Position numbers and translations under genes: made by a program. The notes below the pieces were generated by a model. The model did not search any database. It saw only the letters and a program-made list of their open reading frames with translations, and had not been told where the DNA came from. A DNA stretch of 63,260 nt, filler included, from Stramenopiles sp. TOSAG23-3 (taxonomy: Eukaryota), in assembly GCA_900128585.1 (NCBI GenBank). It is 9 parts of 9 records of this genome, joined end to end, with 100 filler letters (N's around TTAATTAATTAA, not from the genome) between each part and the next. Parts side by side here need not be neighbours in the genome. Positions count along the whole stretch, not along the records: positions 8,616 to 17,129 come from LT643010.1; positions 17,230 to 25,711 come from LT643011.1; 7 more parts are not named here. One strand, 5' to 3'. Shown here piece by piece: positions 10,101-21,038 of the stretch. How positions within the stretch are numbered: the first letter of the stretch is position 1; every line of letters begins with the position of its first letter.

Positions 10101-11384
10101 ATGGGAAATTGTCTAGATTTGCGTACAAAGTCTCAAAAACTTTGGGATGAAATCATGGTCGATGGAAGCGCAGGAGGCTGTTGCTGTTTTTGTAAAGTTC
10201 CGAAGCCAAGATTAGAGTTTGTCATGGAAATGTTAGAAAGCGGTGGGAGCGCGGATTGGGTGGGTCGGGGTGGGGATAATATGATTCACCGTGCCGTACG
10301 TCTGCGTCACATGGACCTATTGAAAATGCTTGTAGGCAAAGCGTCCAATATTAGCAAAGTCTCAATTCCATTTCAGAGCTCACCCCTGCACTATGCAATC
10401 GAGCAAAATTTAGAAGAGTTTTATGTGTATCTAGCAAAAATGCAAGCCAATGTATCGGTTATTGCGCAGGGAGAAACAGTCTTGACGATGTGTGTTATGG
10501 AACCTCAGTACTACGAAGCATTGCGAACTGTCGTTCAAATTGTGGGGCGGAATCGCGACATGCTTAGAGGCACAAACGGCGACGGCCTATCCGTTGTACA
10601 TGTCGCGATCAGAGAGCGGAGATTCAAAATGCTAGACTGGCTGACAAAAGGCCAAAAAGTACCCCCGGATATTACAGACACGGAAGGTCGACCAGCACTC
10701 TTCTATGCCGTGGAATTGGATTGTGCAAAGTCTTGTGAAATCTTGTTGCGAAACGGTGCAAACTTGGCTGCCAGAGGACCGAGGCGAATGTCGAGCTTAA
10801 TCCAGGGTGCTATCCTTCGCCATACCAACCCAGTGAAGGCCTTACTCTGGGACATCAAGAAGTCTAGATCATTGGCCAGATTGAACGATTACGATAAAGA
10901 CGGAAACACTGCCGTTCATTATGCGGCGACTTCATCCAGAGGCGGGGTATTGAAAATCCTTTTAGACGCGGGGTGCAACCCCAATATACCCAATAGGAAA
11001 GGATTATTCCCGGTTCACATTGTTGCCACTCAGGGCGACCAAAATTTGATGAGAATTTTAATCTCTACGCAGAAAATTAAATGCCAGCTGGACGTAAAAG
11101 ATTCGCTTGGGAACACTCCGCTGCACCGAGCGTTGCAGCATGGCCACGAACGAATGAGTTTACAATTGCTTGAAGGAGGTGCAGATCCAGTTGGACAAGA
11201 AAATAGGGACGGTTGGAGTGCCCTTATGGCCGCCAAAAGAGAATTTTGGAATGGAAAAATAGACGACGTTACAATTAGAAGAATGCACCAGTTCGAGACT
11301 GTGCGGGACCTGAATGTTAAAATTGATCGTGCAGTGAAGAAATTAGAGGACAAAAAGCAGCACAGAAGTCTTCGTATCGATTAG
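10101..11384 (+). CDS. Ankyrin repeat protein, probably N-myristoylated/palmitoylated
   Basis: Multiple ANK repeats (GNTAVHYAA, GLFPVHIVA, GNTPLHRAL, GWSALMAA). The ATG at 10101 gives MGNC..., followed by a GGCCCFC cluster. Confidence 0.9.
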   Translation: MGNCLDLRTKSQKLWDEIMVDGSAGGCCCFCKVPKPRLEFVMEMLESGGSADWVGRGGDNMIHRAVRLRHMDLLKMLVGKASNISKVSIPFQSSPLHYAIEQNLEEFYVYLAKMQANVSVIAQGETVLTMCVMEPQYYEALRTVVQIVGRNRDMLRGTNGDGLSVVHVAIRERRFKMLDWLTKGQKVPPDITDTEGRPALFYAVELDCAKSCEILLRNGANLAARGPRRMSSLIQGAILRHTNPVKALLWDIKKSRSLARLNDYDKDGNTAVHYAATSSRGGVLKILLDAGCNPNIPNRKGLFPVHIVATQGDQNLMRILISTQKIKCQLDVKDSLGNTPLHRALQHGHERMSLQLLEGGADPVGQENRDGWSALMAAKREFWNGKIDDVTIRRMHQFETVRDLNVKIDRAVKKLEDKKQHRSLRID

Positions 11385-11624
11385 TAAATAAAAGTTGACG
11401 TAGTCTAAAGTAGTAGTTTACCTATCAATTAATTTAATAGAAAACAATTTGTTCCTACAGGTCCGTAGACCCGTAGACCCTTAGCTATATCATCAACACC
11501 ACCACCGCCACACTCTGAATATTCTACTAACTGCTATAAAGGACAAAAAGAAGGAAAGAAACAAAGAGAGCTTTTTTAACAGTGTACATTCATCTCACCT
11601 GTCATCGGTTTTTCCATCCAAACG

Positions 11625-12452
11625 ATGAAATATACTTTGGTGGCGATAGGAGTGGCTCTTCTGGGCTTTGTGGTGGCCTGGATTTACCCGTCTGTGCTTG
11701 GTATCTTTGGCCCAACGACCACGTCGACCTTGGCCTCTACTGCGCCTCTTGACATTGCAAAAGGCAAAACTCCTCTTCTGTTGACAAGGGATGGGCTGCA
11801 AAAGTTCAGTGGCAAGGGAAAGATGTACAACGGGACTGATAGTTTAAAGGATAGTCCAATCTACTTGGCAATCGTAGGGCTCGTTTTCGACGTTACAAAG
11901 GGTAGGCCGTATTATGGAGAGGGGGGAGGTTATTCCTTTTTTTCAGGAGTCGATGCCACCCGTGCATTTGTCTCTGGGAACTTTACGGCTGATGGGTTGA
12001 TTGATACGATCGACGATTTCGATGACGAGCAAATTGACGGTATTAATGGCTGGGTAGAGTTCTACAAAGAAAAGTCAGAAGGAAAGTACTTTCACGTTGG
12101 TTATTTGATTGGGACGTACTTTGATAGTGACGGGAAACCCACTGCGGCATACGAAGCGTATTTACGCCGTGTTGAGGAAGCAAAACGTAGTAAATTAGCG
12201 AAGGAAGAAGAGGAAAAGCTATGGCCAAGCTGCGATAGTCGGTGGGAGCAAGGGGAAGGTACAACATTTTCATGCATGAGTGGGAAACTACCTCGGATCC
12301 TGAAGTCACTAGAAGAAGCGGAAAGCGATAAGTCGTCGAGATGCGCTTGCGTGAAGGCAGACCAACCCCCTCCCGCAGGAAAAAAATACGAGTACTACGC
12401 AGATTGTAAGCCCAACGATTCTCTATGCCAGGTTCCAGAAAAAAAGGAATGA
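11625..12452 (+). CDS. CYB5D2: Cytochrome b5-like heme/steroid-binding (MAPR) protein, neuferricin/CYB5D2-like
   Basis: N-terminal anchor. IYLAIVGLVFDVTKGRPYYGEGGGYSFFSGVDATRAFVSGNF. Neuferricin-type Cys tail (WPSCDSRW...RCACV...YADC). Confidence 0.88.
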   Translation: MKYTLVAIGVALLGFVVAWIYPSVLGIFGPTTTSTLASTAPLDIAKGKTPLLLTRDGLQKFSGKGKMYNGTDSLKDSPIYLAIVGLVFDVTKGRPYYGEGGGYSFFSGVDATRAFVSGNFTADGLIDTIDDFDDEQIDGINGWVEFYKEKSEGKYFHVGYLIGTYFDSDGKPTAAYEAYLRRVEEAKRSKLAKEEEEKLWPSCDSRWEQGEGTTFSCMSGKLPRILKSLEEAESDKSSRCACVKADQPPPAGKKYEYYADCKPNDSLCQVPEKKE

Positions 12453-13402
12453 GAATATTATTTTCCATGAAGTTCTCTTTTGTCGAACAATTTTTGTTAT
12501 ACGTCGGAGAGGTTGAATTCTGTTTGTGTACTTAAAAAAGGCTCTGTGCTAGATCAGGAATATAAAAGCACATTCGGTTTAATTATTATCCATAGTCGTG
12601 TTACTTATTTATCCTACGACGAAATAATATAAAAATATCGTACGCGGTACCCCGTATTATAAATACTGTACCCTACTTCTTTATTTTTTGAGATTAAAGT
12701 ATTATATTGGAATAACAATAAAAAATAGAAGAAGAAAAAAGAAGAAAAGGGAGACATGATACCGGTACGAGGTAGTCAATTACAATTCCTATTATTACCA
12801 AGTTCATACCATATTATGTCCGAAAAAAATGATTTTTTTCCGGACAGAAACTTCCAATTTTTTTAAAAGGACGACGACGATGACGATGACGATGATGAGA
12901 TGATGATTTCAACTTTTTTATCGGCAGCAGCAGCAGCAGAAGGAGATGAAAGAAGAAGAAGGGCAAAAATAAAGAAGAAGGGTAAATAAATATTTATTAA
13001 TTAGACAATTCGTCCTCGTATTGTACATCATTATTATTAGTCGTTCTATTATTAGCTAATACCAACAATAATAAATCATCTTTTTTATTTTTAATTCATC
13101 ATATTATCATATAAATAACATTGTTGTTTTCTTCACAAAAAATAATTAAAGGAGGAGGAGGGAGGAGGAGCGAAGAAGAAGAAGAAAAAAGAAGAAAGAA
13201 AAAAAAGAACGCGTTGTTAGACGACTAGTAGCAGATGAGAATTTTCAAAACTCAGAAAAGTTGATTGAAACATTTCATAATATAAATGCTAGCGAAATTT
13301 GTTTGAATTCATTCTATACTTTTAAACCCTTAAATTGTTCAGCATCGATATTTATTTGAATGATAAAAAAAGAAATGGTACACCGCAGTCGAGGTAGCAC
13401 TC

Positions 13403-14077
13403 TTGTGCTTGATGCAAATCTCCGAAGGCGCTCGACTGAATGCGAACAAGGTTCTTTTTGGTAAAGTAGTTACACGTCTCGATAATACTGCCATGAAGTT
13501 TGTTAACATAACTGTGCGATACAGTCGAAAAACTGTTAAAGAAATGTACACTAACGAAAATGGAAATTTTTTCTGCGTACTTCCACGCAGAATTCAGTCA
13601 GCTTCTGTGAGAGTGTTGCATGCGCTGCACGGTGAAACAGTGTCCTTGTCCAACCAGACCTATGTCGAAAAAGTATTTTACATCAGCAACGCAGCAGCAT
13701 CGAAATATAACAAACCTGAAATTAAAGGCAAAAGCATACTTTCTCAATTGGCAACGCTATCGGCAGTCCTGTTGAGCTTCCTTTTAGTGCACTTCTTTGG
13801 GTTTACGAATCGTCTTACTCGGGCGCAGCCTCCCATCTCGAAGTACCACTGTTTTAAAATAACTTCGTTGGAAACCCCATACCGGCACAAAGCAAACGCT
13901 CAAGTGAAGAAACCCATGTTTTCGAAGGAGTACAGCATAAAATTAAGCACGGGTGCAGACCCCGATGCAGACGGTGCAAAAAGAATGTATTACAGAAAGG
14001 CTTCGCCTGATAATTTTTACAGTACGGTACGCAGTTCTGAAGACGTCATGATATTGGGAGTAGGCATTGTGGAATAA
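13403..14077 (+). CDS. Hypothetical single-pass membrane protein; start uncertain
   Basis: 224-aa ORF with a hydrophobic segment (LATLSAVLLSFLLVHFFGF). The true start may be ATG 13360 if the A7 run carries an extra base. Confidence 0.5.
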   Translation: MCLMQISEGARLNANKVLFGKVVTRLDNTAMKFVNITVRYSRKTVKEMYTNENGNFFCVLPRRIQSASVRVLHALHGETVSLSNQTYVEKVFYISNAAASKYNKPEIKGKSILSQLATLSAVLLSFLLVHFFGFTNRLTRAQPPISKYHCFKITSLETPYRHKANAQVKKPMFSKEYSIKLSTGADPDADGAKRMYYRKASPDNFYSTVRSSEDVMILGVGIVE

Positions 14078-14329
14078 AGAGAGCGCCAGGAAGTCTACTA
14101 CTGGGCGGCGGCCGCGTAATCTGTCTCTCTAAAAATAAGGAGCAGTTAAACATTTCCTAATTTAGAAACACAATAATGGCACACTTTTATTATGTTAAAG
14201 CATTTCATCACTAATGAGATATCTAATATTTCCGATATCAGACACACATAATGTAATTTTCTCCCTCTCTCTATCTCTCTATCGCCCGCCGCTAAAGCCC
14301 TACGCGCAGTACATTTCACGAAACACACA

Positions 14330-16903
14330 TCAGCGCTTCAACTTTCGCAGCTTAGCATCAAGCGCTTCTATTTCCAGTTGCAATTTAACAACCGCACCGT
14401 CATCGGCCCCTATTGGAGACAGTTGTTCAATCTTTAAACCGGTCGCCTTTTGTTCATTTTCTGCGACGATCCCACTTTCAGCATTTGTGCCGCCACGCAC
14501 TTGCGAAATTGGGGAATGTTTGTCTTCGGAAATTATTTCTGACCCTAAAGTGATACTCCCAATGCTCTCATCTATTAGCCCCGAGAGCTTTGCCGTGCTC
14601 TGGCGTAACGGGGATGTCTCCGATGCTCTCCCGACAACAGACATGTACCGATCGACTAGCGGGTGGGTGCGTTTATGCGGCGGCGTCATCGGCTCTACAA
14701 CATTATGAGTGTGATTGATCATCGATGCTGGCTTTGAGTATTGAACGGGGGCGGTGTACTCTGCCGGGTGAGCATACATGATACAACCTCCTTTTCTACC
14801 CAAAGTGCTGGACACATAAGCGTGCCTCGATGCGAGCACACTATCGCCGTAGTGCTACGGCAAAACACTATGTACCATGCTTTTGAGAATCCTCTGCTCG
14901 TTTTCTTTTTCTTCTTTCTGCGCTGCCACATTAAGTTGATCTTCATGATCTAATGTGCCGCTTAAGTGATTCGGGGAGACCACTGAGACTTGGTTTATTT
15001 TGGTACCGCGGCTGGGACTCTGAGTCCAATGAGCCCGCAGTATACTATCCAGTGAGGTGTGGGTGTGCGGGATGTAGGAGGACGAGTTCGCTTTCTCCTT
15101 TAGACCTGCCTTTTGGTACGCACGGCGTTCGGCAACCTCAAACTTTCGCAGTTCGCCGGGTCGCATCAATTCTACCGTTTTAGCATCCGTTCGCCAGCTG
15201 TTCACGCTTGCCGCAGTAATCGTTCGGCTCGCAGGGACACGCGCCTTTGATATCTGCTTACTGCGCTGCTTTCTTGCAGTAAACCGCTGGCTTTGAAAAA
15301 GAGGCTTGTGCTTCTTCACACTCCTCCGAACCGATGGCGGATCTACACGTGTATTTCGGACCCACGCCGCTTTCTGTTTCCGTTTATTAGCCCTCAATGT
15401 CTTCTTCTTTCTCTTTGTCACATTCTTCTTCTGTTCAGGTTCGGGTGAGTTAGAAACAATGCTGGCTAAATTTAGCACAACCCGGTCTGGGGAGTGCGCT
15501 AGCGGCGCCATAGGTCGAGGCACCTCTTCTTCCGAATCTTCTCGCTTGGTAAAGTACGACTGACGCGACGCCAAAGACCTGCCGGTGGTATTGCTTGAGT
15601 GTCTACTAGTTGTTCGCGACGGGGTTTTCTTCGGCTTCCTTGCAGATTTCGGGGCCATTGTCCTTGATTTATTTGCCTTGGAATAATCCCTCTCTGTCAT
15701 ATTCAACCCTATTCCAGACTTTTTGCCCAAGGCCGACATTGCTTTTTTCGGCCTTGTACTCCGAGAAACAGGTGTAAAAGGAGTGGAGGGTGGCGACGCG
15801 CTTCCTTTCTTCGCAGCGTACGCCTCCAGTAGTTCCAGTCGCTTGGCAAAGGCGTGCTTTCTCCATGCGCTTTTCCCAGTGGCTTTGATAACCGCTATTC
15901 TAAAATTATCATCGAACGATCGTACTTTCAGACGCAACGCTACTTCATCCTCGCTCAAGTGCACTTGCTTTTTTTCCTGCCAACTGTTTGAACGGGTCAC
16001 GGCAGGGCGTTGCTCGGACCCACTACCTCCTGAAGCAGGCGTGGACGGAGCTTCTTCGCTAATGCTCTTTCTTAGTTTGCTAGTCTCCGACGCAAGCTGC
16101 AGCTCTGCCAGCCCACCACCCGTTTCTTCTATACCTGAGGTGTGCCGTTCGAGGACTTTGTCTACTGAACCATGCTCAAGGCATCCGGCAAGTTTCAACA
16201 CATAGATCCAGTGTTCAAAGTGCTCTTTGTCGTTCGCGCGACACTTAATGGGCGGCGAGTCGTGGTCTAGTTTAATTTCCAAATAAAACTCATACTTACT
16301 GCTGGTGCCGATGGAAAGCTCAGCGCCCAAGATTTGCACCTCCGTCGTGCCATACTGGAACGATGCGTAGTCAACAGCAATGGGGTACTCACGCCACCGC
16401 TTAAACAGAGAATCGACTTTAATCTTTAGTACGCCCTTCTCCTTATGCTTCCACGACGGGTGCTGCTCCGTTTTGTCTTGGGCGGCGATGAGAGCAAGCC
16501 CTACGCCCGACTGCCCGCTTGTCGCCGCGACTTCCTTCCCGTTCCCCAAACTTTCCGCGTAGGCGCAGCCAGACTGTTCAAAAATGTCTATCCAGTGCTC
16601 GAAGTGGCCCTGGTCGTTTGCCCGAAACTGGTACGTAATTTCCGGACCCTCAGGCACTGTCACTTGAAACAAAAATTTATATTTTGGTTTTTTGCCCTTG
16701 CCTTCCCCGGCTTTATAGTTTCTCGGTATTTGAAGGATAGTCCCAAGCAGCAAAATTTCTCTGCCTTGTAACGTAAGCACAGAGTGATTAACAGATATGC
16801 TCCGTTTGTGCCACCGCCTTGGCCACGATTTGCCCTTTACTTTAAGGATGCCTGTCTTCGGGCTTCGCCACGATTTTCGCGGCGGCGGCGACGAGGACGA
16901 CAT
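14330..16903 (-). CDS. Tandem PH-like domain protein with a long low-complexity tail; interrupted near 14855 (intron or in-frame TAG)
   Basis: Two PH-like repeats (KTGILKVKGKSWPRRWHKR...FRANDQGHFEHWIDIFEQSGC and EKGVLKIKVDSLFKRWREY...CRANDKEHFEHWIYVLKLAGC). ORF 14330-14839 continues in the same frame after TAG 14855-14857. Confidence 0.75.
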
Positions 16904-17490
16904 GCGAGTTATCTATTAAAAATGCTTCGTGCAAGCGTCAGTTCTCTATAGTGTTGTCGTTCCATAAACGATGTATCATGTATGCCTGCGTCCCACAAGA
17001 ATGGTTTACAACCTATTCAAGTTGGTAATTGGAAACGATTCACATCATGTGTATTTTTTAAAATCATTGGTTAAAGATTATTACTTCTTTCAACACATTG
17101 TAATTAAGCTCAATAATTTGTGATTTAATNNNNNNNNNNNNNNNNNNNNNNNNNNNNNNNNNNNNNNNNNNNNTTAATTAATTAANNNNNNNNNNNNNNN
17201 NNNNNNNNNNNNNNNNNNNNNNNNNNNNNTTGTGGTTGTTTGGTTGTTTTTTTGTTTGTTTTTGTTTCTCTTCGCGTATATATATATAGTCTTAATAATA
17301 AATATATTTCAACGCAATTACAAACTAACTCTGTGTTGAAAGTTTTGAAATGGAAAGAAGAAAGATTGTTATGTACAGAAAGAAGTGGATGAAGATTTAG
17401 GCAGTGTTTGTTCGCACGCAAGTACGGAAGATTGTCATTGTCTAATACTATTAACGCATACATAGAGAGGAAGTTTCAACACGAGGGGAG

Positions 17491-18330
17491 ATGCCGTCGA
17501 ACTCTTCCTTTTCGGCGAAAAAGCGCTCTGTGACCGCAACTCGAAAGAAAACTAAGAAACGGATGCTTCAGAAGCAGAAAGGGTTGAGCGGGCAGTCAGA
17601 ATACGGCCTAAAAGCCCATGATTACAGCCAAGGGATGTATAAACGTAAAAAATTGTACGCTCATCAGAAAAAGCAGAAGGGTCCGTCGGACTTTGGCGGC
17701 GCACGGGTTCCAGACACAATTGCGGAAAAGGTAGTTCACGAATGCAGCACTTTTATGACGACCGAAGATAGGTTGCAGGCATTGTTGAAAAAGTTGGAAG
17801 AGGTGCGTGCGGTCTCTAGTGGAAAGAGACAGCGTGCTAAGACTGTAATATTCGTAAAGAACAAGAAAAGTGGGCTAATATTAGCCCCGAAGCTTGGCTG
17901 GGGAGGTAAGAGTGCGGAAGTTCTTTTGACCAAAAGGACGGCAAAGCACGGGACAGGATCTTTGGCTAGAATTAAAAGCGTCAAAGGCGTGGGCCTGCTT
18001 TCTGCAGCAGATGATGATGACGATGCCAGAGAGTTGGCGATAGACAAGTACAAAGCTGGAGCAATACACACCATGATCATTGCAGCACCAACCGAAGAGG
18101 ACCGTTTGGTCCAACTGTTGCTTCCTCAGGCAAACACAATAGCCGCATGCTTCGCATTGAACGCCCCTAGTTCAGAAACCAATTATATCGAGCGGTGTGC
18201 TTTGGTATCCCTCTCGAACGCCATTTCCAACCCTGGGATGCACACCCTTATGCTGAAGACAAAGCGTAATATTGAAGTTGGGGGGCCTATTTTTCAAAAA
18301 TTTAACGTAAAGATTGATGAATGTAGCTAG
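17491..18330 (+). CDS. Basic protein with a degenerate DEAD-box helicase C-terminal (RecA2) domain
   Basis: KTVIFVKNKK (motif IV-like), ARELAIDKYKAG, NAPSSETNYIER. Motifs V and VI are decayed. Lys/Arg-rich N-terminus. Confidence 0.65.
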   Translation: MPSNSSFSAKKRSVTATRKKTKKRMLQKQKGLSGQSEYGLKAHDYSQGMYKRKKLYAHQKKQKGPSDFGGARVPDTIAEKVVHECSTFMTTEDRLQALLKKLEEVRAVSSGKRQRAKTVIFVKNKKSGLILAPKLGWGGKSAEVLLTKRTAKHGTGSLARIKSVKGVGLLSAADDDDDARELAIDKYKAGAIHTMIIAAPTEEDRLVQLLLPQANTIAACFALNAPSSETNYIERCALVSLSNAISNPGMHTLMLKTKRNIEVGGPIFQKFNVKIDECS

Positions 18331-18468
18331 GCGCACTATTGGCGAGAGAGAGAGAGACAGTGTGCGTTAATTTTTTTAATTCCTAAATTTTACGAAAAGT
18401 ATGAAGGAAAAAAAACAAATTATGGAGAAAAAAAACAAAATAACAAATTATGATACCTTATAACTTAC

Positions 18469-20328
18469 TTACGATATGGTCAAGTCCTTGTGCTCGTCTT
18501 CGGCGTACTTGACCCATGACATAACGAGCCCATGGGCAGGCGCAGAAGGAGTGGGCGCCCCATCGGGGTGGTGGAGCAAGGCTTTTAATCGATCCAACGA
18601 CAGTTTTCCACGACTGACGTCCACTGCACAGGCAACCATTTTGCGCACCTGTTTGTGTCTAAACGATTTTCCCACAAATTCAATGGCAACCTCTCGGTTT
18701 CTGGTTCCGTTCTGTTCGGTGACCGCGATCCTAGTAATCTCCAAGTTGTTGTCTTTTCCCTTGCTGTTTTTCTTGTCGATAAACGACGTAAAGTCGTGCC
18801 TTCCAACAAAGCAATCCAATGCTGCCTTCAACAATTCTACATCAATTTTCCAAAACGAGACGTCCCAAACATACTGACGGCCCAACGCACAGCGTTTGCC
18901 AAGGGCTAACCGGTACGTGTACTGCTTCGATGCAGTGTTGCGGGGATTGAAGTCTCTCCCGACTTTCTTCAAATACCGGATAGAGATGTCCTTCCTCAGC
19001 CGCGAGTCGAGCCTGCGCGAAAACCCAGGAAGGTCTCCGGCGTCCTCCTTGGGAATCATGGCAGTTACCACCATTCCCAAACTATGCGTTCCTGAGTCGG
19101 TCCGGCCGGCGCTGTTAACGCGACCGTACAGTGTCGTTGTTCGGCGGACGGCGTCTTCGAGGGATTCCTGGACGGACAACAAGCCTTTCTTTTCCAGCGC
19201 CTGAAAACCGTGAAAGTCCGTCCCATCGTACTCTACAACAAACGCAACTTTTTCAAAATTTTCCAATACCATGGATTCGTCCACCTTAGCTTTCTTCGTT
19301 GCACAATCTTTGTCTTTCGGGCTAGGCTTCGGAACGCTGGCGTCTTGCATTTCACGAATTTTTCGTTTTGACAGCTTCCCTTGCGAGGGACGCTCGGAGG
19401 AGTACACGGTGGCGGCCAGTCGCCTTCTAACGAAAGGGAGGGGCGGGAGTCGCTCCCATGTTCCTTCCAGGACGTCGTACGAATAGAAATACCCGACCCA
19501 TTTCCCACTTGCGCTCCCCCCTACCAAATAAATTTTAGTTTCAAAAGCTGTCACTGCAAAGCCAAACCACCCCGTGCATGGCAAAGGCGACATATGCACA
19601 TACTTGTCGGCAACGGTGTCGTACCGAAAGACTCCAAACTTTTTTAACCCCCAAACTACAACGTACACTTGCCCCATCGCCGAGCAAGCACCGCAAGATG
19701 CTGATACTGGCAAATCGGCAATCCTCTTCCACTCGTCTTTTTCCTCGTCGTACACCTCTGAAGACGTCAGGGGTTTGTGGCTTCCCGCCGCCAGCCCCCC
19801 GAAGACGTAAATGCAATTGTCCACGGAGGCGGTGCCATGAAGCCTCCGTTCAGCCAGCATGGGAGCGCACTGAACCCACTTTTTGGACACGACGTTTTCC
19901 CCGTCTACCTTGTTCCCCAGGTCCATGCAGTCCACAGACGTGCATGCGACCGTTCCATACTTCCATCCCCCAATGCAATATATCTTTTTGCCTTGGTTGG
20001 TTGATGCGCCTGCCAGAGCGTGACGCGGGACTTCTACTGACTCAAAAAATTTCCACTCTTGCTCCTCCTCGGGTTGCCGAAGGTCCAAGTACTCGCACGT
20101 GCTTAAGTTCGAATCTACCCCTGACCCTGCAAGCGCAAACAAAATTCCCTCCGAGCTCGCCGCCACGCCCAGGCTGCCACGCGGTTCTTTCATTCTTGGA
20201 GCATGAGACCAAGAATTTTTTGCAAACGAAAAGCGGTCAACAAATCCTACTGTGTTCCCCCGCGAACGCCCGCCGACTGCGAACAAAAAAGTCCCCCCTT
20301 CCGCTGTATCGTTGGCTACTGCCGACAT
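18469..20328 (-). CDS. Kelch-repeat beta-propeller fused to a TruA-family tRNA pseudouridine synthase
   Basis: About six Kelch repeats (LFAVGG, IYCIGG, IYVFGG, IYLVGG). TruA motifs VEYDGTDFHGFQ, AGRTDSGTHS (catalytic Asp), GRHDFTSF, HKQVRKMV and APAHGL. Confidence 0.92.
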   Translation of the reverse strand: MSAVANDTAEGGTFLFAVGGRSRGNTVGFVDRFSFAKNSWSHAPRMKEPRGSLGVAASSEGILFALAGSGVDSNLSTCEYLDLRQPEEEQEWKFFESVEVPRHALAGASTNQGKKIYCIGGWKYGTVACTSVDCMDLGNKVDGENVVSKKWVQCAPMLAERRLHGTASVDNCIYVFGGLAAGSHKPLTSSEVYDEEKDEWKRIADLPVSASCGACSAMGQVYVVVWGLKKFGVFRYDTVADKYVHMSPLPCTGWFGFAVTAFETKIYLVGGSASGKWVGYFYSYDVLEGTWERLPPLPFVRRRLAATVYSSERPSQGKLSKRKIREMQDASVPKPSPKDKDCATKKAKVDESMVLENFEKVAFVVEYDGTDFHGFQALEKKGLLSVQESLEDAVRRTTTLYGRVNSAGRTDSGTHSLGMVVTAMIPKEDAGDLPGFSRRLDSRLRKDISIRYLKKVGRDFNPRNTASKQYTYRLALGKRCALGRQYVWDVSFWKIDVELLKAALDCFVGRHDFTSFIDKKNSKGKDNNLEITRIAVTEQNGTRNREVAIEFVGKSFRHKQVRKMVACAVDVSRGKLSLDRLKALLHHPDGAPTPSAPAHGLVMSWVKYAEDEHKDLTIS

Positions 20329-21038
20329 CGCTGTCAACTTTTTTCCCGTGGCGACAGGTGTGAAATAAAGTAGATTCAGACGACTATTCTTCTGTTAACT
20401 ATTTTTCGGGCTCCACTATTTTAGAGCTTATCGTTCAATTATTAAAAGTGACTGGTGACTGACGACTGCTGAAGCTACTATTTTTTATACTGAAGACCCA
20501 CCACCCACCACCAATTCATCCTATCTTCTATATTTTCTTCTTTTTTTTCTCTCCGTTTCTTCTTTTTCTTCTCTCCGATANNNNNNNNNNNNNNNNNNNN
20601 NNNNNNNNNNNNNNNNNNNNNNNAATAATAATTGAGAAGAATTACAAAGATACTATAAGTTACGGGTACTACCGATACCGTACTAGTCCCATAGGTAACC
20701 GTAGTAGCTAACTAGCAAGTTCAATTTTTAGATAGTACATTATTATTATTTTTTTTATTATTATTATATTATTGCGCGAAGAAGAAGAACACTTTTGTCT
20801 GTAGTATGGTGGAATTTGGAAATTGATCATGACAAAGAGTTTGTAATCAAGCACGTAATAAATGAGGGAACATCAAGAAAAGATTATTTATTTTACTAGT
20901 ATATACTGAATAGATGGTTGATCGGTTACGAGAAAAGTAAGGAAATTCTTCTTCGATTTTATTGAACCATATAGCGCTTGCAATTTGTCTATCGAACGGG
21001 GTGGGTAGGTGGGTGGGTTAGGGAGAATAGTTGTAAAT

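Noticed and set aside
14855-14857. Genome-wide reassignment of TAG
   Set aside because: TAG, TAA and TGA all terminate conserved genes at their expected ends (e.g. HECT TAG at 5641, BCKDHB TGA, SUN TGA, rhamnonate dehydratase TAA).
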